A DNA stretch of 64,000 nt from Blastocatellia bacterium (GTDB taxonomy: Bacteria; Acidobacteriota; Blastocatellia; UBA7656): positions 13,600 through 77,599 of the forward strand of contig JBKHYJ010000015.1 of the NCBI GenBank assembly GCA_046565505.1. The letters are read 5' to 3'. Both the position numbers and the translations under genes were made by a program. A model generated the notes under the pieces. The model did not search any database. It was not told the origin of the DNA and was given only the letters and a program-made list of their open reading frames with translations. This document shows, piece by piece, positions 1 through 8,804 of the stretch. The first letter of the stretch is position 1, and each line of letters opens with the position of its first letter.

Positions 1-498
1 TGTGGCAATCCTTTGTAAGAAAGCAGAGCAGGAAAGTTGATCCTGTGATGCGCGCAAGCTTATGCGAGCGGGCCGCGCAAGTCAATTACCTCCGCAGCAG
101 ATTCCTGTGCGGTACTATGCGGCACCGCGCATGCGAACCGTAGTTTCGCTTTTACAAATCTGACACATTGCCGGGCCAGGACGGCACGAATATTCAACGC
201 AGGCCGCGCAAATACGCCTCCGCGCCACCCGGCGGGCCGTAAATCGGTAGGGCACAACGATTGCACACCGAGTAAAGTTTGAGCCATGCCCTCCCCGGCG
301 CGCGCGAGGGCTTGCCCTGCTCGCAAGTTTAAGACGCGGGACGTATTCCGCCGCGCCCGGAAAGAAAAGCATCAGGCATCGGATTGTTTGATTACCTCCA
401 GGCCTGCGCCCGGCGCCCGCGGGGCGAAAGGCGCGTGGCTGTGCGAGGGGACGAGGGGTCAGACCCATAGAAAAACGAAGGAAACCAGGGGGAGAAAG

Positions 499-1185
499 AT
501 GAATATGACTAACAAAGTAATGGCGATAACTCTTTGCATCATGGTTGGCCTGCTGGTGCTAGTTACCGCCTGCACAGACCAGGGCGGCGGGGCCAACACC
601 AACGCTACGGCTACGGGGGCCAACAGGAATGGCAGCGCATCGAATGCGAACGCCTCGGGGGGCGCGGGAGACGCGAACGCGCTGAGCAGCGCCGACAGAG
701 ATTTCATGATGAAGGCGGCGGCCGGCGGCATGGCGGAAGTCGAGCTGGGCCGCTTGGCCTCCCAGAAAGGCGCCAGTAACGACGTGAAGACGTTCGGCAA
801 GCGCATGGTTGATGACCACTCGAAGGCCAATGACGAGCTTAAGCAGTTGGCCTCACAGAAAGGCGTCACGCTCCCGGCAGACATGGGCGCGCAGCACAAA
901 GAGACGATGGACCGGCTGTCGAAGCTCAATGGCGCCGCTTTCGATAGCGCTTACGTGTCAGAGATGGTGAAAGACCACACGGAAGACGTTTCGGACTTCG
1001 AGCGGCAGGCCAGCCAGGGCCAGAACTCGGACGTGAAGGCATGGGCCGCCAAGACGTTGCCTACGCTCAGGGATCATTTGCAGATGATTAGGGACACCGA
1101 AACGAAGGTGAGGGGCGGGAGGCCGGCGAACGGTAACAGCGGCAGGCCCGCGAACGCTAACACGGGCAACAGCAACAGGCGCTGA
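499..1185 (+). CDS. DUF4142-family lipoprotein (signal peptide plus lipobox LVTAC; N/G/A-rich low-complexity N- and C-terminal segments)
   Basis: ORF 286..1185, trimmed to the ATG at 499 that follows a GGGGGAGAAAG RBS. It has a hydrophobic signal with LVTAC. The motifs DFMMKAAAGGMAEVELGRLA...GKRMVDDHSKANDEL...MVKDHTEDV are typical of DUF4142. Confidence 0.7.
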   Translation: MNMTNKVMAITLCIMVGLLVLVTACTDQGGGANTNATATGANRNGSASNANASGGAGDANALSSADRDFMMKAAAGGMAEVELGRLASQKGASNDVKTFGKRMVDDHSKANDELKQLASQKGVTLPADMGAQHKETMDRLSKLNGAAFDSAYVSEMVKDHTEDVSDFERQASQGQNSDVKAWAAKTLPTLRDHLQMIRDTETKVRGGRPANGNSGRPANANTGNSNRR

Positions 1186-1378
1186 AGCTCCCTCCTCGCG
1201 CGCCGCCGCGGCTCGATTCCGGCCGCGGAAATGAGACGGCCGGGCGAGGCGTGCGGGGCGTTTAAGGCGGCGACGAACGCGGGCCGGGCGGGCCGTCACG
1301 GAGTCTTATGACCGAAGCGGTCTTCAGTCTATCCGTGGCAATCCGTTCGGCCCGTGTCACGCTCTCATGAAGCCTGGC

Positions 1379-2173
1379 CTAAGGCGTATCGATAATCTCG
1401 ATGGTCGAATCGAATGGCGGGCGGCCGAATGATTCCCATGCATTACCGCCGCGCAGGAATAGCTCCATCCACCTGATCTCTTCGCCCTCTCGATTGGTCC
1501 AGCCGCTGCTGCCGGGCGCGAAAGCCAGTTGACCGGGCCTGACGGAAAAGCTGCCATCGCTCACTATTGCTTCCCGCTCCGCGTCCCTGATTCGCAGGCG
1601 AAGCGCGGAGCCGGGGCGGGCCTTTATCTTACCCGCCTTGAAGGTAGTCTTCAGGTTGCCATACCCGTCGATGTAAGCGATACGGTTCTCCGGCACGTCG
1701 GCTATCTGCGAGCGGTCTACCTCCTCGGCCAGCGCGTCAGGTTGCCCGAGCGCGATGGCGCCAGCGGCTTTGGGGAAAAGGTCGCGCGAGCGAAACTGTG
1801 ACCCCTCGGCAGGCACGGCCGCCCACCTCAACTCTTCGGCCGCGTCGCGGACGAACGAGAACGCATGGCCGGCGCTGACCCCTATGACGCGCACGCCCGT
1901 GGGCAAGCGCGCGAAAGCGAGGCGCTCGCCGGCATTCTCTTCGCGCGCACGTTCGTCATCTTCGCGCGGGGCCACGTTGTGGTAAATGATCGTCCCCGTG
2001 GGCGCTTCATTTAGCCCGAGCTGCGCGACGCAGAATCCGGCGGCAAGCGTAGAGAACGCGGGCACGGGCGTCAGCACGGGCTCGGCGTCCGGCACGTAAA
2101 GATTTATGCGCTGCACGACCTCCGCGAAGGCGAGGTCGCCAGGCCCGTAATCGGCTATGATGTGGATTAACAT
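1379..2173 (-). CDS. SAM hydroxide adenosyltransferase (DUF62, fluorinase/chlorinase-like fold)
   Basis: ORF 1379..2296, trimmed to the internal Met (MLIHIIADYGPGDLAFAEV) that is preceded by a CCAGGAGG RBS. N-terminal and C-terminal conservation is typical of the DUF62/SalL/FlA family. Confidence 0.7.
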   Translation of the reverse strand: MLIHIIADYGPGDLAFAEVVQRINLYVPDAEPVLTPVPAFSTLAAGFCVAQLGLNEAPTGTIIYHNVAPREDDERAREENAGERLAFARLPTGVRVIGVSAGHAFSFVRDAAEELRWAAVPAEGSQFRSRDLFPKAAGAIALGQPDALAEEVDRSQIADVPENRIAYIDGYGNLKTTFKAGKIKARPGSALRLRIRDAEREAIVSDGSFSVRPGQLAFAPGSSGWTNREGEEIRWMELFLRGGNAWESFGRPPFDSTIEIIDTP

Positions 2174-2468
2174 TTCGCCTCCTGGTCGTTCAAAGGTACG
2201 CGGGCTTGTGGCCGCGCGTCCGAGAGACTTGATTGGCAGCAAGGGGCGAGCCAAAGCCATGGAGGCATGAGATTGGCCGGCGCCGGTGACGGTCAACCGG
2301 CGAGGCGAGCCCTGAAAACGGGTAACGCTCAGGCGCGGCTACTGCACGCTTCCAGGGCTTACGGTGATGACGCCGCGTTTCCCGATGTCACTCTCGGTGC
2401 ACGGCCCGAGGCTTGTTGACCATGCCCCAGGAGGCTTCTTAAATGGCCCCGAGGTCATCGGCGGCGGC

Positions 2469-3023
2469 TTATTCCTGCCCCTTTTCAAACTTCAAAGCGG
2501 CGGAGTTCATACAGTAACGCAGGTGCGTGGGCTTCGGGCCGTCCTCGAACACGTGCCCGAGGTGTGCGTCGCACCTGCTGCACAACGCTTCCACGCGGCG
2601 CATGCCGTAGCTGTTATCCGTCTTCTCCGTGACTCTCTCTCTATCGAGCGGCGCATAAAAGCTGGGCCATCCGGTCCCGGAATCGAATTTCGTGTCTGAG
2701 CTGAATAGCTCCTGGCCGCAGCATACGCACTTGTAGAGACCTTTCTCGTGCGAGTCCCAGTATTCACCCGTGAAAGGTCTCTCGGTCCCATGAAGGCGCG
2801 CGACCTCGTACTGCTCCGGCGTAAGCTCCTCGCGCCACTCCTCGTCGGTCTTCACAACTTTATCGGTCATCTTTGATCCTTTCCGTTCGCTTGAATGATT
2901 TGCCCCCGGTGTTTGAATGCCCTTCTCGCCTGAATCCGCCCCGCGACCGCCGGCGCCCATTCGTACGGCGGCGGCGACCGAGGCCATGATTAAGCACGCC
3001 ATCAGCGCGGCGATAAGTCTCAT
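2469..3023 (-). CDS. msrB: peptide methionine sulfoxide reductase MsrB with N-terminal signal peptide
   Basis: Carries the two CxxC pairs (CVCCGQELF ... [12 protein letters not shown]) and the RYCMNSAAL active site. A hydrophobic N-terminus suggests export. Confidence 0.85.
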   Translation of the reverse strand: MRLIAALMACLIMASVAAAVRMGAGGRGADSGEKGIQTPGANHSSERKGSKMTDKVVKTDEEWREELTPEQYEVARLHGTERPFTGEYWDSHEKGLYKCVCCGQELFSSDTKFDSGTGWPSFYAPLDRERVTEKTDNSYGMRRVEALCSRCDAHLGHVFEDGPKPTHLRYCMNSAALKFEKGQE

Positions 3024-3143
3024 CCGTTCTGCTCCGTCTTCATTTTGGAACTTCTTCTAAAGGGGCGGCCGCCCCCTACGGGCGAAGCCTGTTCCGTCGG
3101 GGAGTCGGATAGTGCGACGGGCGGCGTTTCCGCACACCGCGCA

Positions 3144-5027
3144 TCAAGCGAACTCCGCGAGCTCCGCCCAACGATCCACGTCATTATCCAACTGCTGCTT
3201 GAGCAGCCCCAGTTCCGTATAGAGGGCCTGTACGACTACGAAATCGCTGGCCGATTCCGCCAGCCGGCGCTCTAGCTCGCCCTTCTTCCTTTCGGCCGCC
3301 TCGATCCTCTTCTCTAACTCCTCGAACTCCCGGCGCTCTTTGTAAGAGAGCTTGCGCGCGCCCGCCGATTGCCTTGCGGCCGTGGGCGGTTTCGACGCCC
3401 TCCCCGCTTCGCCCGCCCCGGCCCCGTCGAGCGCCCGCGCTTCGAGGAACGCGCTGTAGTTGCCGGGGTACTCCCTCACGCTGCCGTCGCCGTCGAGGCG
3501 GAAGATGTGCTCGGCCGTGCGGTCGAGAAAATAGCGGTCGTGGCTCACCACTATTAAACACCCGGCGAACGAGTCGAGGTATTCCTCCAGCCGGACGAGG
3601 GTATGAATGTCGAGGTCGTTGGTCGGCTCGTCCAGCAGCAAGACGTTCGGCGCGCCCATCAGAATCCTGAGCAGGTAGAGCCGCCGCCGCTCGCCGCCCG
3701 ACAGCCGCCCTATCACGTCGTACTGTGTCGAGGGCGGGAACATGAACTTCTCTAACATCTGGCTCGCCGTGACGTACTGCCCGTCGGCGGTCTCGACCCT
3801 TTCGGCCACTTCGCGTATGTAATCAATCACGCGCCCGGCGGCGTCCAGCTCCCTGTTCTCCTGGTCGTAGTAGCCGATGACGATTGTCTGCCCCTTCTCG
3901 ACGCGCCCCCCGTCGGGCTCGACCCGGCCCGCGATCATGTCGAGCAGGGTCGTCTTGCCCGACCCATTCGGGCCGATGACGCCTATGCGGTCACCGCGCT
4001 TGAGGCTGTAGCTGAACCCTTCGACCAGCTTTTTATCGCCATATGATTTAGAGACGCGGTCGAGTTCGAGAATCTTCTTGCCCATCCGGCTGAAGCCCAC
4101 TGAGATGTCAAGCTCCTGCCGGGATGACTCCGCCGGCTGTCTCATGAGTTCTTCCGCGCGCTCCACGCGGGCCTTTTGCTTCGTCGTGCGCGCCTTCGCC
4201 CCGCGCCTGAGCCAGGCAAGCTCGCGCCGCATCAGCGCCTCACGTTTCTCGCTGGCCGCCGCGCGCGCGGCCTCCTGCTCCTCTTTCTTTTCGACGTAGT
4301 AGGCGTAATTGCCCGCGAAGCTCTGCACCCTGCCCCTGTCGATTTCGACGATGCGTCCCGTCACCCGGTCCAGGAAGTAGCGGTCGTGAGTTACGAGCAG
4401 CAGCGCGCCCGCGTGTCGCGCGAGGTACGTTTCAAGCCACGCGACTGTGTCCGCGTCGAGGTGATTCGTAGGCTCATCGAGTATGAGCAGGTCCGGGGCC
4501 GAGACGAGCGCGTGTGCGAGCGCAACCCGCTTGCGCTGCCCGCCGGAGAGAGCGCCCATCGGCGCGGCGGTGTCCGTGATGCCGAGTTGGGTCAGGACCG
4601 TCTTGGCATTCGTTTCAAGGCTCCAGCCCCCCGCGGATTCGAGCTGGTGGGCGAGCTTCGCGACGCGGTCGAGCAGCCGCGCGTCGCCCCCGCCGCCCGC
4701 CGAGAGGTCGCGGCAGGCCGCCTCGTAATCATGCAGCAACCGCATGGCCTCGTTGCTGGCGGTGAACACCCTGTCGAGCACGGTCTCGTTCGGGTCGAAC
4801 GGGGGGTCCTGCGGCAGGTAAGCCACCACGCGCTGGCTCGCCATGACGGCCCGCCCCGTGTCCGGCTGCTCGCGCCCGGCGATTATGCGTAACAGCGTAG
4901 ACTTGCCCGAGCCGTTTATGCCGATGATGCCGACCTTCTCGCCATCGTCGAGCCCGAAAGTCACGCCCTCAAACAGCGGCCTGACGCCGTAACTCTTGCT
5001 GACATCTTCGAGAGAAATAATATTCAT
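3144..5027 (-). CDS. ABC-F family ATPase (two tandem ABC domains, no transmembrane domain)
   Basis: Two Walker A motifs (GINGSGKST, GPNGSGKTT) and two LSGG signature motifs. The inter-domain linker is rich in Arg/Glu, and there is a C-terminal coiled coil. Confidence 0.85.
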   Translation of the reverse strand: MNIISLEDVSKSYGVRPLFEGVTFGLDDGEKVGIIGINGSGKSTLLRIIAGREQPDTGRAVMASQRVVAYLPQDPPFDPNETVLDRVFTASNEAMRLLHDYEAACRDLSAGGGGDARLLDRVAKLAHQLESAGGWSLETNAKTVLTQLGITDTAAPMGALSGGQRKRVALAHALVSAPDLLILDEPTNHLDADTVAWLETYLARHAGALLLVTHDRYFLDRVTGRIVEIDRGRVQSFAGNYAYYVEKKEEQEAARAAASEKREALMRRELAWLRRGAKARTTKQKARVERAEELMRQPAESSRQELDISVGFSRMGKKILELDRVSKSYGDKKLVEGFSYSLKRGDRIGVIGPNGSGKTTLLDMIAGRVEPDGGRVEKGQTIVIGYYDQENRELDAAGRVIDYIREVAERVETADGQYVTASQMLEKFMFPPSTQYDVIGRLSGGERRRLYLLRILMGAPNVLLLDEPTNDLDIHTLVRLEEYLDSFAGCLIVVSHDRYFLDRTAEHIFRLDGDGSVREYPGNYSAFLEARALDGAGAGEAGRASKPPTAARQSAGARKLSYKERREFEELEKRIEAAERKKGELERRLAESASDFVVVQALYTELGLLKQQLDNDVDRWAELAEFA

Positions 5028-5030
5028 TCT

Positions 5031-6272
5031 TCAGAACGGGGCCTCGATGGATCGGGCCTGCCCCGTGAACAGCTCCGCGCCGTTTTCCGTGATCGCCATT
5101 ATGTCTTCGAGGCGCACGCCGAACTCGCCCGGGATGTAAATGCCCGGCTCATCGCTGAACGTCATCCCCGGCTCCAGCTTCGTCTTGTTGCCGCGCACGA
5201 GGTAAGTCCATTCGTGGCCGTCCAGCCCTATGCCGTGGCCCACGCGGTGCGTGAAATATTTGTAGCCGGGGCCGAAGCCCGCGTCCACGATCACCTTCCG
5301 CGCGGCGGCGTCAACGTCTTCGCAGGCCGCGCCCGGCCGCGCCGCTTTCAGTGCCGCCGCCTGCGCGCGCTTCTCGACCTCCCACACCTTCCGCTGCCTG
5401 TCGGTGGGCTTGCCGAAGACGGTCGTGCGCGTTATGTCAGACTTGTAGCCCAGCACGTCGCACCCTCCATCTATCAGCACTACGTCGCCTTCGCGGAGCC
5501 TCTGCGCGGTGACCGTCCCGTGAGGCAACGCCGAATACTCGCCGAACAGGACCAGCGCGCCGCCCTGCGCGCCAAGCTTCTGGTGCTCTTGAGCTATCTT
5601 CGCCCCCAGCTCGAAATGCGTCATCCCCTCGCTTAATGTCTTGACCGCGTTCTCGAACGCCTTCAACGTGATTTGATTCGCGAGGCGAATGATCTCAAGC
5701 TCGTGCGCGGATTTCACGCGGCGGCAGCGCGCCGTCACGGGGTCCGCGCTCGTGATGCGGACGGAGGGGGCGGCCTTCGCGACCCCATCGAAGAATCGGT
5801 AATCGACCGTTTCTTCCACGCCGAGCCTGCCCGAGGCGATGCCGCGGTCCCTCAATATGCCTGCCACGACCTCGTAAGGGCTTTCGTCTTCTTCCCATGT
5901 CCGCACGTCGTTGCCGAACTTTATTTGCTCTAGCGCGCGCCCCTTCTCGAAGGCCGGGGCGACGTAGGCTAGCTCGCCTTTGGCGGGGAAGACCGCCGCG
6001 AACATCCGCTCGCTCTGCCCCCACTGCGCGCCGGTGAAGTAATACATGCTCGACCCGCCCATGACGAATATCGCGTCCAGGCCGGCGTCGCGCATGTAGC
6101 GCCGCGCCGTCTCCTGGCGCTGTAAGTATTCTTCCCGCGTGATCGGCTTCGCCTGCCGCGCGTGGGGTGACGCGGGCGAGTCCTGGTCCGCCAGCGCCCC
6201 GGCCGGCTTGAGCGCGGCTGCGAGCGAGGAGAGAGCGCCAATCTTCATGAAGTCTCTTCGGTCAATAGACAT
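5031..6272 (-). CDS. M24 family Xaa-Pro aminopeptidase/prolidase-like metallopeptidase, Tat-exported
   Basis: Twin-arginine motif SIDRRDFMKIGALSSLAAA. The C-terminal half shows the M24 pita-bread fold (HGIGLDGHE, GMTFSDEPGIY). An ATG at 6272 is preceded by GGAGG; the ORF track starts at 6284 with GTG. Confidence 0.8.
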   Translation of the reverse strand: MSIDRRDFMKIGALSSLAAALKPAGALADQDSPASPHARQAKPITREEYLQRQETARRYMRDAGLDAIFVMGGSSMYYFTGAQWGQSERMFAAVFPAKGELAYVAPAFEKGRALEQIKFGNDVRTWEEDESPYEVVAGILRDRGIASGRLGVEETVDYRFFDGVAKAAPSVRITSADPVTARCRRVKSAHELEIIRLANQITLKAFENAVKTLSEGMTHFELGAKIAQEHQKLGAQGGALVLFGEYSALPHGTVTAQRLREGDVVLIDGGCDVLGYKSDITRTTVFGKPTDRQRKVWEVEKRAQAAALKAARPGAACEDVDAAARKVIVDAGFGPGYKYFTHRVGHGIGLDGHEWTYLVRGNKTKLEPGMTFSDEPGIYIPGEFGVRLEDIMAITENGAELFTGQARSIEAPF

Positions 6273-6308
6273 CGTTACCTCCACGTTTGCCGGCCCGGCA
6301 CGCGGGCC

Positions 6309-6527
6309 TCAAGGTCGCGCCTGATTTTCATCGCGCGCGAAAACTTCCTGCACCCTCCCGACCTCTCCGCTCTGCAACCTGACTTTTATTCCGTGCGGGT
6401 GGAACGAAGAGCTTGTAAGAATATCCTTAACAACGCCTCTCGTCCTTTTGCCGGAGCCTTGATCTTTCTTTAATACTATATCCACCTCGACGCCCGGGCG
6501 AATATCTTTTCGGTTCTGACCGTTCAT
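6309..6527 (-). CDS. YwbE/DUF2196-family small protein
   Basis: 72 aa. The GVEVDIVLKKDQGSGKRTRGVVKDILT pattern is typical of the YwbE family. Confidence 0.5.
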   Translation of the reverse strand: MNGQNRKDIRPGVEVDIVLKKDQGSGKRTRGVVKDILTSSSFHPHGIKVRLQSGEVGRVQEVFARDENQARP

Positions 6528-6738
6528 AGTGATGTTACGGCGCGGCGCTTCTCCTTTGCGTTAGTGCGAGCCTCATTCATGATAGCGTCTTCGGGCCGGT
6601 ATGTCAGCGCGACGAGAGGCGGTTGCCTCCACGGGCGGTCGCTCACTTCCGTCGGTCGCGAGGCTAGACATATAACCACGACAGTAGTATCGTCAGCCGA
6701 AACACAAGCCTTGAAATGAAATCGCTGAGGGGCAAATC

Positions 6739-7518
6739 ATGGAGCTTCGCAATAGAGTCGCAGTCGTTACAGGGGGAGGGAACGGCATAGGGCGCGCCCT
6801 GTGCCGCCGCTTCGCGGCCGAAGGCGCGGCGGGCGTGGTCGTCGCCGACCTCGACGCGGACGCGGCGGCGCGCGTGGCCGAGGAGATCAATGGCCTGGCC
6901 GTCACCACGGATGTGAGCGTCGAAGCAGACATCGCTCGCCTTGTAGACGGCGCGACGACGCGCTATGGCCGCGTGGACCTCTTCTGCTCGAACGCGGGGA
7001 TAGGCGTCGATGGCGGCGCGGAGGCGAGCGATGCGGACTGGCAGCGGATATGGCAGATAAATGTCATGGCTCACGTCTACGCCGCGCGGGCCGTGCTGCC
7101 CGCGATGATCGAGCGCGGGGAGGGCTACCTATTGCAGACGGCGTCGGCGGCTGGGTTACTTTCGCAGATCGGTTCCGCGCCTTACTCCGTCACGAAACAT
7201 GCCGCCTTAGCCTTTGCCGAGTGGCTCGCCATCACGCACGGCGGCGCGGGCATAAGGGTCTCGTGCCTGTGCCCGCAAGGCGTCCGCACGGAGATGCTGG
7301 AAAAGGCGCGCGGCGGGGCATTCCTGAGAGACGGCGCGCTCGAACCGGAACAGGTCGCCGATTGCGTGGTCAAAGCTTTAGCCGAGGAGCGCTTCCTTAT
7401 ACTGCCGCACGCGGAGGTGGCCGAATACTTCCGCCGCAAGGCTGACGATTACGACCGCTGGATTCGCGGCATGCGCCGCCTCCAGGAGAGGATACATGGG
7501 TTGCTGGAAACGGATTGA
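6739..7518 (+). CDS. short-chain dehydrogenase/reductase (SDR) family oxidoreductase
   Basis: Carries the TGGGNGIG Rossmann motif, NAG, and the catalytic Y/K region ([11 protein letters not shown]). Confidence 0.8.
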   Translation: MELRNRVAVVTGGGNGIGRALCRRFAAEGAAGVVVADLDADAAARVAEEINGLAVTTDVSVEADIARLVDGATTRYGRVDLFCSNAGIGVDGGAEASDADWQRIWQINVMAHVYAARAVLPAMIERGEGYLLQTASAAGLLSQIGSAPYSVTKHAALAFAEWLAITHGGAGIRVSCLCPQGVRTEMLEKARGGAFLRDGALEPEQVADCVVKALAEERFLILPHAEVAEYFRRKADDYDRWIRGMRRLQERIHGLLETD

Positions 7519-7601
7519 GTTTGGCTTATTGTGAAGGCTCTGCGGCTCATGCCTCGCGCCGCGCGAGAGCGCCCGCAAACTCACCCGACAGTCGAGCGCG
7601 G

Positions 7602-8210
7602 TCATGCGCTTGCCGCTTTGCGCCGCACGTTGCGAGCCCTCGCGGCCACGCGGAGCAGCATCGCCCCCATCACCACGGCCGCGAACGGAATGTAGAGAAC
7701 CGAGTTTAACGCCCGGGTCACGTAGGCGAGCGCAAAGACCACCCACAGCAAATACATTCCCGCCGAGTGGACCAGCCGCCACGCGCGCGGCCCTAGCCAC
7801 CTGGCAGACCTATCGAACGAAGTGACCGCCATCGCCAGAATTATTGCGTAAACAACCGACCCCCCGGCGAGCGACGACGGGCTCAGCGACGCACCCGAAG
7901 TAATGACGGCGAGCGCGATGATGGCCGCCCCATGACAGGCGTGCGACACGGCGAACGACACTCCTAAGTAGCGCCTGTTCGCCCGCAGCCACCGGGTCGC
8001 CGCCGCAGGCCATAGCTTCAGGAGAGGTGACGCCACGAAGGCGGCCGTGAAGAGGACGAATGAACTCTGGGCAGTGGAGCGGATGACCAGATGAAGCCCC
8101 CTTTCGCCCGCGCCGAACGCCGCGAGGATCGACGCGATCATTAACGCAATCGCGAGCGCCGCCCACGCCGTTATCATCCACCTGTCAAAATAGGTCCTGG
8201 CCCGAGTCAT
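7602..8210 (-). CDS. polytopic membrane protein, possibly ferric-reductase-like/MsrQ-like TM domain
   Basis: About six predicted TM helices, with conserved His residues inside helices (SHACHGAAI). There is only loose architectural resemblance to YedZ/MsrQ. Confidence 0.4.
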   Translation of the reverse strand: MTRARTYFDRWMITAWAALAIALMIASILAAFGAGERGLHLVIRSTAQSSFVLFTAAFVASPLLKLWPAAATRWLRANRRYLGVSFAVSHACHGAAIIALAVITSGASLSPSSLAGGSVVYAIILAMAVTSFDRSARWLGPRAWRLVHSAGMYLLWVVFALAYVTRALNSVLYIPFAAVVMGAMLLRVAARARNVRRKAASA

Positions 8211-8242
8211 TTCCGCAAGCCTCGCTATGTTGAGTCCGGTCG

Positions 8243-8719
8243 TTAGATCACCCCCGTCACGCGCAGCAGGAATAAGAGCAGCAAGGCCCCGCTCAACACG
8301 AAGGCGAGCGCGCTCAGAACCAGTCCGGCCATCGCGCGCTTGCGCGTGTCTCGCCAGTCCGGGTCGTCCCTCCCGACGGACGACAGCGTGCCGAGTATGT
8401 CAAACGCCTTGAAGGCTATGCCGCCGCTCAAAACGATGGGCGCTAAGAAGGTGAACGGCGCGAGCAATATGCCAGCGACGCCGAGGGCGATGGTGGCGAT
8501 GCCGAGCACGCGATAATAGCGCGTACGGCCGAATCCCAGGACGGCCATCCCGATCCCTATCGCCACGGCCCCGCTAATGAAGGCTAATATAGACCCGGCC
8601 AGCGCAACCCCGCCGAAAGTCCGCACGAACTGAGAGTCGTTAACTGCGTCCGTGTATTCGGGCGCGGTACAATACGCGCCGGACGCGCCCGGCACCCTGT
8701 CGTTCAGGTTCAAGCTCAT
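8243..8719 (-). CDS. hypothetical integral membrane protein (4 TM)
   Basis: Hydrophobic profile only. It overlaps nothing better. Confidence 0.4.
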   Translation of the reverse strand: MSLNLNDRVPGASGAYCTAPEYTDAVNDSQFVRTFGGVALAGSILAFISGAVAIGIGMAVLGFGRTRYYRVLGIATIALGVAGILLAPFTFLAPIVLSGGIAFKAFDILGTLSSVGRDDPDWRDTRKRAMAGLVLSALAFVLSGALLLLFLLRVTGVI

Positions 8720-8804
8720 ACGCGGCCCCTTTCATGTGGTGATCGCCAGTCGGCTCGAAAGCTAGGCGCGGATCAAACCGCTTTTAGTGCTACTTGTTTT
8801 AGTG

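Noticed and set aside
60-468. Two overlapping minus-strand ORFs (88 and 117 aa) at the window start
   Set aside because: Arg/Ala/Pro-rich translations typical of antisense reading of high-GC DNA. No RBS and no recognisable motifs. The region is more likely an intergenic region or promoter upstream of the DUF4142 gene.
3184-3670. ORFs of 98-125 aa within or antisense to the ABC-F gene
   Set aside because: Arginine-rich, low-complexity translations. The ABC-F frame has unambiguous Walker and signature motifs.
6664-7074. 136-aa minus-strand ORF
   Set aside because: It overlaps, antisense, the N-terminus of a clearly homologous SDR gene (TGGGNGIG). There is no support of its own.
7602-8210. Calling the 202-aa membrane protein MsrQ/YedZ (a partner for msrB at 2469)
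   Set aside because: Only the general 6-TM/His-in-helix architecture is similar. There is no adjacent MsrP and it is 5 kb from msrB. It is left as a hypothetical membrane protein.
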